A stretch of 64,000 nucleotides of DNA from assembly GCA_963668175.1 (NCBI GenBank), contig OY764159.1, positions 64,001-128,000 of the forward strand. Direction: 5' to 3'. The stretch's first letter is position 1; the number at the start of each line of letters is the position of its first letter. The notes below the pieces were generated by a model that was given only the letters and a program-made list of their open reading frames with translations, ran no database searches and was not told the origin of the DNA. The position numbers were made by a program, and so were the translations under genes. Of this stretch, positions 50,860 through 59,912 are shown in pieces. Source of the stretch: Syntrophales bacterium (lineage in GTDB: Bacteria; Desulfobacterota; Syntrophia; Syntrophales; PHBD01).

Positions 50860-50902
50860 AAAAGGATCTCTGCGGCTTATCAAGCGGCAGAGATCCTTTT
50901 TT
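50860..50902. terminator. Bidirectional intrinsic terminator downstream of the cytochrome c gene
   Basis: AAAAGGATCTCTGC...GCAGAGATCCTTTTTT. Confidence 0.8.
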
Positions 50903-50973
50903 CCAGCGGAAGACAGCGGTACACGAGGCATCCAAATCGCAATTCACCGGCACGAGGGGTGATGCCCCATGGA

Positions 50974-51351
50974 TCACGGAACTTTCAAGCCAAAATGATG
51001 GCACTTGGCGCAGGCGTCTTCTGAGGGCTTATGGGCATGATGACATTGCTCGCAAGCCATTTCGCCGAGATGCGTATCATGCGGATTCGGTCTTACGGCA
51101 GCCGTTTTCATCGCCAGCTTTTCCGCATCGCCGTGACAAGAGAGACACTTGGCTGAAGGCACGGAATTCTTTGGGGGCGTTTCCTGATGGCAGGCATCGC
51201 ATTTGAGCCCCTTCGCTTTATGCTTGTCGGCAAGCATCATCTTGTCCTGGGCCATAATCATAAGCGGAAGGCCTGCAAGAACAAAACAAATGATCAGGAA
51301 AGCGGCAACCAACGCATTCCTGCTTTTTCGGGTAACCGGTATGTTCATCAT
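50974..51351 (-). CDS. Periplasmic tetraheme cytochrome c (flavocytochrome heme subunit)
   Basis: Signal peptide; four CxxCH motifs (CDACH, CLSCH, CEQCH, CAKCH); NPH motif. Confidence 0.92.
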   Translation of the reverse strand: MMNIPVTRKSRNALVAAFLIICFVLAGLPLMIMAQDKMMLADKHKAKGLKCDACHQETPPKNSVPSAKCLSCHGDAEKLAMKTAAVRPNPHDTHLGEMACEQCHHAHKPSEDACAKCHHFGLKVP

Positions 51352-51373
51352 ATCAACCTCCCATACCGTTATG

Positions 51374-51413
51374 AAAAAGCGGAGAGAAGGGTCTTCCCTC
51401 GTTCTCCGCTTTC
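51374..51413 (-). terminator. Terminator-like hairpin between the flavoprotein and cytochrome genes
   Basis: Minus strand: GAAAGCGGAGA..GAGGG-AAGA-CCCUU..UCUCCGCUUUUU. Confidence 0.55.
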
Positions 51414-51424
51414 GTATTTATCTG

Positions 51425-53149
51425 CTATTTCCAAGGCTTCAAAGCTGCGGCATTCTTTCCGGCAATGCGCCCGAAGACAATCAATTCGGTCAGATTTCCG
51501 CCTCCTTGATAGACGAATTTCAGTGCGGAAGATATCTCGCCGGCCGTAAATAACCTGGGAATGGGCTTGCCTTCCCAAGTGAGGACCTCTCTTTGCGCAT
51601 TCGCCATGATGCCGCCTTTGGTATTCGGCCCACCGGCAACAAGAGGCAGGGCATAGAAAGGAGGCTTTTCGACGGGTTTCAGCGTTCCGGCCCTGCGGCT
51701 GAAATCTTCATCCTTCCCTTTCTTGCAGAAATCGTTGAAGCGGGCAACGGTCTTGCTCAGGTTGGATGCATCCATCATATTCCTGTTCTCTTTTTGATTC
51801 TTAATCTTCTCGGCCAGGGCCTCCAGGGTGTCCGCCTGCAGAATCCAGCCGCGATTTATCGCGTCCATATTATCCTTGGTCCAGGGGACGAAACCGAAAC
51901 CGGCCGTCGAAATACCGAGGGACGTTATGGTGACATTGGCCCGTAACGTTTCGTCAAAGATCATCCAGCTCGGCATCCGCGGGTATATCAGGTTGGTGAT
52001 GTCGAATTTGACCGCTTCCTTATAGAAGAAGTAACGGCTTGGATCGGTTGTAATCAAAGTCTCCGCGGCATAACGGTTGCCGTAGTTGTCGACGACGATG
52101 GAGTTGGCCCCTCCGACGGAATCGGTGATGATTCCCATTTTCAAACCATAACGGCGGATGGGAACGACCATGATCATCCGGGATGCCGCCTTGCCCACTT
52201 TTGCCAACCCGGCACCGATCTTCATGGCCATCGCAATACCGTCACCGGTATTTTCCGGGCTTCCGTAAAAAGCCCATCCTTCGATTCCCGGTCCTTCCAG
52301 GAAAGCCTTTCGCATAGGCACGCTGTATTCATAACCGCCGGTCGTAATGATAACGGCCCTTTTGGCCTTACATGTCACCGTACCACCGTTTTTCTTTTGG
52401 CCGACCACACCGAGGATCTCTCCATCATCGTTTGCGATCAGACGAATGGCCGGCGTTTCCCACAGAATATTGACTTTTCGCTTTTCAACCGCCTCTCTCA
52501 GTACGGTAAAAAACGCCTCGCCGTTCATTTTTTGGTTCTTCGGCAAATCCTTCGTGGGGACATCGAAACTGGCCTTGTCCGTAAACGAACTTCCGTATAC
52601 GCGATACTTGCACTCTTTGGCGCCCGGGAAATTGGGGAAAGCGGCGCCCGAGAAGCGGGAAAAGGCCACGACATTGAAAGTCGGGTCCAGCTTCTTTAAA
52701 TAGTCGACATTCTCCGGAGAAAGATCGGCCCAGGCCTGCGCCAGGCCATCGGAAAATTCCGGCTGTTCGCCTTCCAGTTTGGCCGGGATATTCTCTCCGC
52801 TGAACATGGCTTTGGCATATGCCTTCAGCGCCTCCTTGTTTCCCGTCGGATCGGGGCAATGGAAGATACCGCCGGACATACGTGTATTGTTGATCAGATT
52901 GTTCTGAGGTTGCTTTTCCAGGATTATAACCTTCGCACCAGCGTCGGCAGCTTCGATAGCCGCACAAGCCCCTGCCCCGCCGAATCCCAGGATCACGACA
53001 TCGGCTTCTTTATCCCATTTCTTGGGAATCCCTGCCGATTCGGCAGTTCCCGTCCCAAGACCCGTCAAGGCCAGTGCACCCGTACCGAGAGCTACGCCCT
53101 TGATCAGATTTCTCCTGGTTACTCCTTTTTCCGAGATTTCTTTAGCCAT
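51425..53149 (-). CDS. Tat-exported FAD_binding_2 flavoprotein (flavocytochrome c flavin subunit)
   Basis: Tat motif TRRNLIK, DVVILGFGGAG, TRMSGG, TGGY, NTGDG, NTKGG, IPRLFTAGE, FGRIAG. Confidence 0.9.
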   Translation of the reverse strand: MAKEISEKGVTRRNLIKGVALGTGALALTGLGTGTAESAGIPKKWDKEADVVILGFGGAGACAAIEAADAGAKVIILEKQPQNNLINNTRMSGGIFHCPDPTGNKEALKAYAKAMFSGENIPAKLEGEQPEFSDGLAQAWADLSPENVDYLKKLDPTFNVVAFSRFSGAAFPNFPGAKECKYRVYGSSFTDKASFDVPTKDLPKNQKMNGEAFFTVLREAVEKRKVNILWETPAIRLIANDDGEILGVVGQKKNGGTVTCKAKRAVIITTGGYEYSVPMRKAFLEGPGIEGWAFYGSPENTGDGIAMAMKIGAGLAKVGKAASRMIMVVPIRRYGLKMGIITDSVGGANSIVVDNYGNRYAAETLITTDPSRYFFYKEAVKFDITNLIYPRMPSWMIFDETLRANVTITSLGISTAGFGFVPWTKDNMDAINRGWILQADTLEALAEKIKNQKENRNMMDASNLSKTVARFNDFCKKGKDEDFSRRAGTLKPVEKPPFYALPLVAGGPNTKGGIMANAQREVLTWEGKPIPRLFTAGEISSALKFVYQGGGNLTELIVFGRIAGKNAAALKPWK

Positions 53150-53340
53150 TTCGGGAATCTCCTTTCCACAATATGATGATGGTTCGATAAGATGTTATTC
53201 TGTTTCGGCAACTTATCTCTTCTCTTTATGTATCACATTTTCATCCATTAATCCGCATTTTTTCATCACTTTGAAGGGCTTAGGACCACACGTGGGCATC
53301 CATTACCGAAAACGCTATCGAACCTCGTGAATCCGACTGT

Positions 53341-54249
53341 TCATTTCATGATAAGCTTGAATGATTTCAACCTGTCCACGGGGTAGTAAGACTTCTTGGA
53401 ATGGGCGAGATCGGGAAGCCCCATATCGCTTTCCTTGTTGATATAACGATAACCCGTAAAAAGCTGTTTGGCACACTCATTGTCGAGGAATTGATACAAA
53501 CCGCGGATATCGGAAAAGGCCTTTTCAAAATTGAGGACGCCGGTCGCATCGTTCAATCGCGAAGCGATCGCCAGCGCACTGACGACACCGTCAATTCGGA
53601 TTAAAAGCCCCCTGCCTTCGAGCGTATCGACAGAACGCAGGGCCGTTGTCAATGCTCTCTTTTCGCAGGCGAGGCTTTCATTTTCCGGTCCATCGCAGTC
53701 GCCATGCTCGGCGCACCATTTCGTCAAAAATTCGAGACACTCTTCTGCGTGGCTGCTCGTCAGGCGTTCCATGGCCACTCTTCCCGTATCCTTGTGCGTC
53801 CGGTCGAATTGGTGGATCAGATTTCGTTTCTTCGAGAATCGATTGCCTTTCAGGAGGGCGAGATCTTCTGTCAGATAGATGTAATCTTCATACTCGGGTT
53901 GCTCCGAGACAACGAACAGGGATTCGACGGCAGCAAGGTCGAACTGCTGTAAATAATCCGCCGGAACGAACCAGTATTCCCGATAGTCCAGTCGCCGGGC
54001 CAGCTGATGAAGATACTCGGGGGAGAAAGACCCTTTGGGGTTTACGGGCAGGACCAGATAGCGGTCCTGCGGGTTGTTGACGGCCTCATTGCCGAGAATC
54101 ACTGCCCCATCTTCGATGGCATAGCTGCTCGTATACTTTTGCCCGCTCCAAACAATGACCGACAAAAGGGAATAGATGCTCAAACGATAAGGCTGGTTGA
54201 CAAAATACGGATTAAGCAATGCATAATCTTCGATGCTTATTGGCTTCAT
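53341..54249 (-). CDS. DUF2156 domain protein (aminoacyl-tRNA transferase-like GNAT fold)
   Basis: DYIY, LKGNRFSKKRNLI, FEKA, GLYQ, YINKESDMGLPDLAHSKKSYYP; start follows GAGGTG. Confidence 0.85.
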   Translation of the reverse strand: MKPISIEDYALLNPYFVNQPYRLSIYSLLSVIVWSGQKYTSSYAIEDGAVILGNEAVNNPQDRYLVLPVNPKGSFSPEYLHQLARRLDYREYWFVPADYLQQFDLAAVESLFVVSEQPEYEDYIYLTEDLALLKGNRFSKKRNLIHQFDRTHKDTGRVAMERLTSSHAEECLEFLTKWCAEHGDCDGPENESLACEKRALTTALRSVDTLEGRGLLIRIDGVVSALAIASRLNDATGVLNFEKAFSDIRGLYQFLDNECAKQLFTGYRYINKESDMGLPDLAHSKKSYYPVDRLKSFKLIMK

Positions 54250-54284
54250 GGAAATACGCACCTCATTTTACTCTTGGTTGTCTT

Positions 54285-54707
54285 TTATCCTTTCAACAGC
54301 ATGGGCCTGGACGCAGCCATCGCTTTAAAGCCCAGCTTCTCATAAAATCGAAACGAATCCCTCTCTGCAATAAGACCGATCCACCTCAAGCCGTCCGCAT
54401 GCAGCCGTTCGATGATCGTCTCGATCATCATCTTACCGATCCCTTGGCCCCGGCGAGACAACGATACTTTGACGTCCTGGATGTAGGCATCGCTGACACG
54501 GTCGCTGATCGCCCTCGCCATGCCGACAATCCGTTCGCCTTCGAAAACCGCGAGGAAACAATGACTGCCGGAAATGAGCCGCAACACGAGCCGGGGATCA
54601 TCCCCATCTTCAACTTCCCACCAGCCCTCTTCCTGATAGAGGGCAACAATCTGCCGGATTTGATCGGAAGTGACGGTCGTAACGAATGTATATTGCCTAT
54701 CCGGCAT
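54285..54707 (-). CDS. GNAT family N-acetyltransferase
   Basis: VGMARAISD, AYIQDV, RRGQGIG, FYEKLGF. Confidence 0.9.
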   Translation of the reverse strand: MPDRQYTFVTTVTSDQIRQIVALYQEEGWWEVEDGDDPRLVLRLISGSHCFLAVFEGERIVGMARAISDRVSDAYIQDVKVSLSRRGQGIGKMMIETIIERLHADGLRWIGLIAERDSFRFYEKLGFKAMAASRPMLLKG

Positions 54708-54728
54708 CTCGGGCTCCTTTCTTTTCGT

Positions 54729-55403
54729 TTACGCGGTAAGACGGCCCTGCAGGCCCGGGGCCATCGTCTTTTCCAGATGCATCCGCTGACACTCAAACTC
54801 GTCATGGTTGTCCGTTGCCGTAAACTTGATCATTTCGCCGAAGGATATGGTCACTCTGGAAAAGGGTTTGGGAAGGAAGAAGTTGTCCCAACTGTTAAAA
54901 TACCAGGCACGGTTGGCAGAAGTGTAGAAAGGAATGATCATGGCGTCCGCCGCGTGGGCGAGTCTTATCACCCCTGCCTTGACCTGTCCTGCCGGTCCCT
55001 GCGGACCGTCAACAATGTGCCCTACCATCCGCGACTGCCCAAAGCGCCCGATGATTGTTCGCAGGGCTTCCGCTCCGCCCCGCGAGGAAGAACCACGAAT
55101 AGGTTGCCAGCCGCTTCTCCTTGCGACGTCCGCAATAATCTCCCCGTCCCGGCTCTTGCTGATCATGATAGACGGATTCAAATGCCGATATTTCTGAAAA
55201 TAGCGGATGGCCGAAAAGAACTGCTGGTGCCACGCGCAGAGGACAACGGTCCCGCCTTGATTCACAAACGTCAGCCATTCGGTCTCATTTTCAATCCTCA
55301 GTCTGAAGGTAAGGCTGTATAAACGGATAAACCGGTATAAAAAAGCCAGAAAAGGCTTTGTCGTCAATACATTTTTCATTTCCATAACGGCGCATCGACT
55401 CAC
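54729..55403 (-). CDS. DUF374 lysophospholipid acyltransferase family protein
   Basis: AWH, MISKSRDGEII, IRGSSSRGG, DGPQGP, SWDNFFLPKPFS. Confidence 0.88.
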   Translation of the reverse strand: MSRCAVMEMKNVLTTKPFLAFLYRFIRLYSLTFRLRIENETEWLTFVNQGGTVVLCAWHQQFFSAIRYFQKYRHLNPSIMISKSRDGEIIADVARRSGWQPIRGSSSRGGAEALRTIIGRFGQSRMVGHIVDGPQGPAGQVKAGVIRLAHAADAMIIPFYTSANRAWYFNSWDNFFLPKPFSRVTISFGEMIKFTATDNHDEFECQRMHLEKTMAPGLQGRLTA

Positions 55404-56362
55404 TTTCCTTTGTAAATGAAGCGTTCAAAAAATCGGTTAAAGGGCGTCCAGTCGGACTCGCTGTCATGGGCCGAATTTCCGATAAACTCCTGAAAGGCGT
55501 TCACCTTGGCATCGAGATCATCCATATAGTGCACGACAAGGGCTTCCACGGTTTTCGGTCTCTTTGGCGATCCGTATTCGAGAACGCCGTGATGGCTCAA
55601 AATCAGATGTCGAAGCGTCATAGCCAACTGGGGCGGAAAGCTCTCAACGGTCGCAATCTTCGCATCCAGCATTTCGAGACCGATTACAATGTGCCCTATA
55701 AGCCTGCCTTCATCCGTATAGTCAATGAGGCTGTCATAGGAAAATTCGTAAATTTTGCCGATGTCGTGGAGGATGCTCCCGACCAGCAGCATGTCACGGT
55801 TGACTCCTTGATAATGATGGGCAGCAAAATCGACAAGACGGACAACCGACAGGGTATGTTCGAGAAGCCCCCCCACATAGACATGATGGAACCCCTTGGC
55901 GGCCGGCGCGCGCTTGAAAAGGCGGAGGATATCTTCATCCTGCAGGAAGGCATCGAGCAGCGCCCGCAGATGGCTGTTTTCGACCTGCTCGACGAAAACC
56001 ATGAGATCTTTAAACATCTCGTCGATATCCTGCTTTGCGACCGGAAAGTAATCGGCCGGATCGATGTCCAGATTGTCAACCTTGACCACATCAGCGACGG
56101 AAAGCTGCACGGCATTGCGAAAGTTTAACGCCCGCGCGGAGATTTGCACGATGTCGCCTTTTTTGAACACCTTGTCCCATTCATGGGCATTATCCCAGAC
56201 TTTGCCTTCCACTTCCCCGGTCCTGTCTTTCAGGCGGAGGTTCAGATAAGGCAGTCCTTTCTGCGAATAGGCCAGGGTCTTCTCCGCGACCAGGAAATGG
56301 TCGCTGATTTTAGCCCCCGACTTGATATCCTTGATATAAATATTTTTTGTAATCAAATGCAT
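55400..56362 (-). CDS. YhaM-like 3'-5' exoribonuclease (OB fold plus HD domain)
   Basis: LKDRTG, PAAKGFHH, GGLLEHT, LHDIGK, GHI, SHHG, GSPKRP, DDLDAK. Confidence 0.9.
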   Translation of the reverse strand: MHLITKNIYIKDIKSGAKISDHFLVAEKTLAYSQKGLPYLNLRLKDRTGEVEGKVWDNAHEWDKVFKKGDIVQISARALNFRNAVQLSVADVVKVDNLDIDPADYFPVAKQDIDEMFKDLMVFVEQVENSHLRALLDAFLQDEDILRLFKRAPAAKGFHHVYVGGLLEHTLSVVRLVDFAAHHYQGVNRDMLLVGSILHDIGKIYEFSYDSLIDYTDEGRLIGHIVIGLEMLDAKIATVESFPPQLAMTLRHLILSHHGVLEYGSPKRPKTVEALVVHYMDDLDAKVNAFQEFIGNSAHDSESDWTPFNRFFERFIYKGK

Positions 56363-57156
56363 ACCCTTTCTTCACCATGATAGATTGTCATCTTGTCTCC
56401 ACGCACGGAACCGATGACCGTTATACCGGCCTGTCGGGCCAGACTGAGGGCCGCCGATGTCGGCACGGAGATTGAAATCACGACAGGAATCCCTATTGTC
56501 CATATCTTATGAATGATCTCGGCAGAAATTCTTCCCGTCCGGACAAGTATATTTCGCGATGCGTCCATGTCATTAAGTAACATGTTTCCGGCAAGCATGT
56601 CGACAGCATTATGCCGGCCGATATCCTCACGGACGGCGATGATACCCGACGCATCGGCCAGAGCGGCGCAATGGGTGCCCCTCGTCTCTTCATGAAGAAC
56701 TGCCAGAGAGATCATGTCGCGCATTAATGAGCAGGCTGTTGCCGGCGTTATCTTCATATCTATGCAGCTCTCGAGGGGTTCCCGCATCTGGTTTATCCTG
56801 TAACTCCCGGCACCGCTGGATGCAATGGACCGGACGTTATCAGGTCCCGAAAACAAATCGTTCTTGTTCGCGCAGGAACTTGCCCGGGTGAGACGGACGG
56901 CCCGGCCGTCTTCGGAAACCTGCAATCCGGCAATATCCCTCTTCGATCGGATCAGACCTTCGGACAACAGGAATCCGACAGCGAGTTCATCGATATGCTC
57001 GCCAACGCAGGCGATGGAAACCATCTTTTCGCCGTCGACGAACACATCGAGAGCAATTTCCCGGATGATCGCGGCCCGGACCGGTCGCGAGGAAGAACCG
57101 ATAAGTTCATTCACCTCGCACCACTCCACGGAAGAGTCGCCGGATGTCTTCATCAT
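56353..57156 (-). CDS. fdhD: Formate dehydrogenase accessory sulfurtransferase FdhD (divergent)
   Basis: ELAVGFLLSEG, TRGTHCAAL, REDIGRHNAVD, TGRISAE, SVPT. Confidence 0.85.
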   Translation of the reverse strand: MMKTSGDSSVEWCEVNELIGSSSRPVRAAIIREIALDVFVDGEKMVSIACVGEHIDELAVGFLLSEGLIRSKRDIAGLQVSEDGRAVRLTRASSCANKNDLFSGPDNVRSIASSGAGSYRINQMREPLESCIDMKITPATACSLMRDMISLAVLHEETRGTHCAALADASGIIAVREDIGRHNAVDMLAGNMLLNDMDASRNILVRTGRISAEIIHKIWTIGIPVVISISVPTSAALSLARQAGITVIGSVRGDKMTIYHGEERVCI

Positions 57157-59072
57157 TTCGCTTCTCTTTCCCTTAGCAGGCGATGTTCGCCGGCCCGGAT
57201 GGTCAGTTTGGTCATATCGAAATATTCCATCAGGGGAATGATGAACTTTCGTGACAATCCGGTCAACTCCTTAAAACTTGTCGGTGTGGCTTTGCCCTCC
57301 CTGATCAGCAATCCCTTATAGTCCTCCCGGAGGTTTTCGAGAACCCTTCTGTCATAGTACAATTCCTCGCTTATCTTGACCAGGGCCCCCTCTCTCAGCA
57401 TAACATTCAGAACATTGACCACCTGAGATTTCTGCCCGGAGAATTTTTCCCCAATCTCCTTGACCGTCGGCGGCGCCAGTCCGCAGTCCCGATAAGATAA
57501 CGCTATGGCGCTCCGCAAATCTTCCATGTCCGCCTTGAGAGCAACTCGGTGGGTCGTCATGCGGACACTCTCTTTATCGATCACGATCTTACCGGCCTTT
57601 TCCATGTCCTTAAGCGCCATATTGAAAATTCTGGCTGCAATATAAGATCCCAATGTTGATCGCAACTCCTCCTTGGCGACACCTTCCTTGAGGACATTTT
57701 TCTTATGGTACGCCTCCAGTTCCCAGATCATGGCGTTTTGGAGAATTTCATAAACGGAACCCGAGACAACCCGGATGGGCTCATGCTCAACCTGGACGAC
57801 CTGCCGCCGGGATATTTGCCCCTCCAGGATTTTCTTCAGCTTATTCTGATGCAGACCCGTCCTGATCACCAGATGAGAAAGATCGATCCCTTCGAGTCCT
57901 GCACGTTCGATAATCGTCAGAGTTCTTTCTATCGGCTCTCCGCTGCAAAGACGGGCAAGCTCTCCGATCGAGCCGGCAGCATTTCGTTTATGCTTTTTCG
58001 GCAGAGGGTCGACGACGGTACCGCCGCCGATGGTCGTTACCGGCGAATAACTGCGGATGACAAACCGGTCGTCCGCCATAACCACCGTCGGGGATTCCAG
58101 AAAGAGCTGGGCATAGGCACGCTCACCCGGTTCGGCGGATTCCTTTTCCAGCAGAATTAATCGTGCAATGATTTCACTCGTTGCCGTATGAAACCTTACG
58201 AGCGTCCGGTTCTTCATTTTTTTTTCATTGACGGCCAGATACTCGAACAAAATGTCAATGCGGCGCGTCGGCTCAAAGGTTCCGGGGGCAACGAGGACAT
58301 GGCCCCTGTCGACCATCGCCTTGTCGATACCCTGAAGGTTGACCGCCGTGCGCTGTCCCGAATCGGCCATGTTGACGGGCCGGTTGTGTACCTGCAGGCC
58401 CCTGACTTTCGCCCGCAGGGCCGCGGGTTGAATTTCTATTTCCTCACCAACACCGACACGGCCCGAGACAAGAGTCCCTGTAACAACCGTGCCGAAACCT
58501 TTTATCGTAAAGACACGGTCAATGGGCAGTCTGAACAGGCCTGCGTCCGCGACCTCCTCGATCCTGTCAGTCATGGATTCCAGCGCTGACATCAGGCTGG
58601 GAATACCCGCCCCTGTCACGGACGAAACGGGTATGATAGGCGCTCCCTTCAAGAAGCTCTTTTCCAGGAAAGCCCGGATATCTTCGGTCACAAGCGACAG
58701 CCAGTCCTCATCGACCATGTCCGTCTTCGTCAAGACCACAATACCCTGGCTGATGCCCAAAAGCGAACATATATCGACGTGCTCCCGCGTCTGGGGCATA
58801 ATCCCCTCGTCCGCTGCGACGACCAGCATAACGAAATCGATCCCGGCGGCCCCGGCCACCATGTTCTTGATGAACTTTTCATGGCCCGGGACGTCCACGA
58901 TACCGAGTATCCGTCCGTTGGGAAGCGGCAGAAAAGCGAAACCGAGTTCGATGGTGATGCCCCGTTCCTTTTCCTCCTTAAGCCTGTCCGTATCTATACC
59001 GGTCAGCGCCTTGATCAGAGACGTCTTGCCGTGATCGACGTGACCGGCTGTTCCCATGACAACATTTTTCAT
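57153..59072 (-). CDS. selB: Selenocysteine-specific elongation factor
   Basis: [50 protein letters not shown]-terminal winged helix [14 protein letters not shown]. Confidence 0.97.
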   Translation of the reverse strand: MKNVVMGTAGHVDHGKTSLIKALTGIDTDRLKEEKERGITIELGFAFLPLPNGRILGIVDVPGHEKFIKNMVAGAAGIDFVMLVVAADEGIMPQTREHVDICSLLGISQGIVVLTKTDMVDEDWLSLVTEDIRAFLEKSFLKGAPIIPVSSVTGAGIPSLMSALESMTDRIEEVADAGLFRLPIDRVFTIKGFGTVVTGTLVSGRVGVGEEIEIQPAALRAKVRGLQVHNRPVNMADSGQRTAVNLQGIDKAMVDRGHVLVAPGTFEPTRRIDILFEYLAVNEKKMKNRTLVRFHTATSEIIARLILLEKESAEPGERAYAQLFLESPTVVMADDRFVIRSYSPVTTIGGGTVVDPLPKKHKRNAAGSIGELARLCSGEPIERTLTIIERAGLEGIDLSHLVIRTGLHQNKLKKILEGQISRRQVVQVEHEPIRVVSGSVYEILQNAMIWELEAYHKKNVLKEGVAKEELRSTLGSYIAARIFNMALKDMEKAGKIVIDKESVRMTTHRVALKADMEDLRSAIALSYRDCGLAPPTVKEIGEKFSGQKSQVVNVLNVMLREGALVKISEELYYDRRVLENLREDYKGLLIREGKATPTSFKELTGLSRKFIIPLMEYFDMTKLTIRAGEHRLLREREAK

Positions 59073-59307
59073 TCAGTCATTCCCCGCAGAGGACGATCTT
59101 TTTTAGTAACAAACTCCCTCCATTTTCACAACGACTAAAAGTGCGAAGGCTTGCCGCAACCGATAGGTGGTGCAATCCGGTCATGGATGTGGTACAGGAA
59201 CATAAGCAGCCTGTATCCGCAGCTTTCGATCACACGTTCCGGCAAACACTGGTTTGATTTACGTGAAGGATGGCGTTGCAAATGGCCCTGGATCGCGAGG
59301 GTACTTT

Positions 59308-59871
59308 ATGAAAATAGTTATCCGGGGAGGAAGCGTAGCTGCAGGCCACGGTGTCGAACGGGGCTACGTCGACATTCTTAAAAGCTTCTACCATCGAAGG
59401 AACCACGAAATCATCAACCGGTCCCGGGCCAGGGATACGTCATTCGACGGCGTCAACTCCTTCGATGCAGATATCGATCCCCTGAAGCCGGACATCCTGA
59501 TGATTCACTTCGGGATCGACGATGCCTTTTTGCCGGTCTATCGTTCCGAATTCAAGGAGAACCTGGTCCATATCATACGCCGGGCAGACAAGCGTTTTCG
59601 TCCGGATATCGTCCTCGTCATGTCGCACTTGCTTGATAATCCCCGCGAGAGGGATGCCGTCGATATTTACCACCGGGTCATCAGGGAAGTAGCTTCCGAT
59701 CTCGGCTGTGCCATGATCCCGACCCATACGTACTGGGCGGGATACCTTTCTCAGCACAGCCTGAAACCCGCAGATCTTCTGATGCAGGATTCCCGCTATC
59801 CGAATGAAAGGGGGCATGGCGTTTACGCTGAAGCTGTCACTCACTGGCTCTCAGAGCTGTATGGTATCTGA
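59308..59871 (+). CDS. SGNH/GDSL hydrolase-fold protein with atypical catalytic residues
   Basis: GGSVAAG, HFGIDD, FKENL, DSRYPNERGH. Confidence 0.78.
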   Translation: MKIVIRGGSVAAGHGVERGYVDILKSFYHRRNHEIINRSRARDTSFDGVNSFDADIDPLKPDILMIHFGIDDAFLPVYRSEFKENLVHIIRRADKRFRPDIVLVMSHLLDNPRERDAVDIYHRVIREVASDLGCAMIPTHTYWAGYLSQHSLKPADLLMQDSRYPNERGHGVYAEAVTHWLSELYGI

Positions 59872-59912
59872 CCGTTCCCAATGAACGAAGATCGAGGGCT
59901 GACGTGGCGTGC

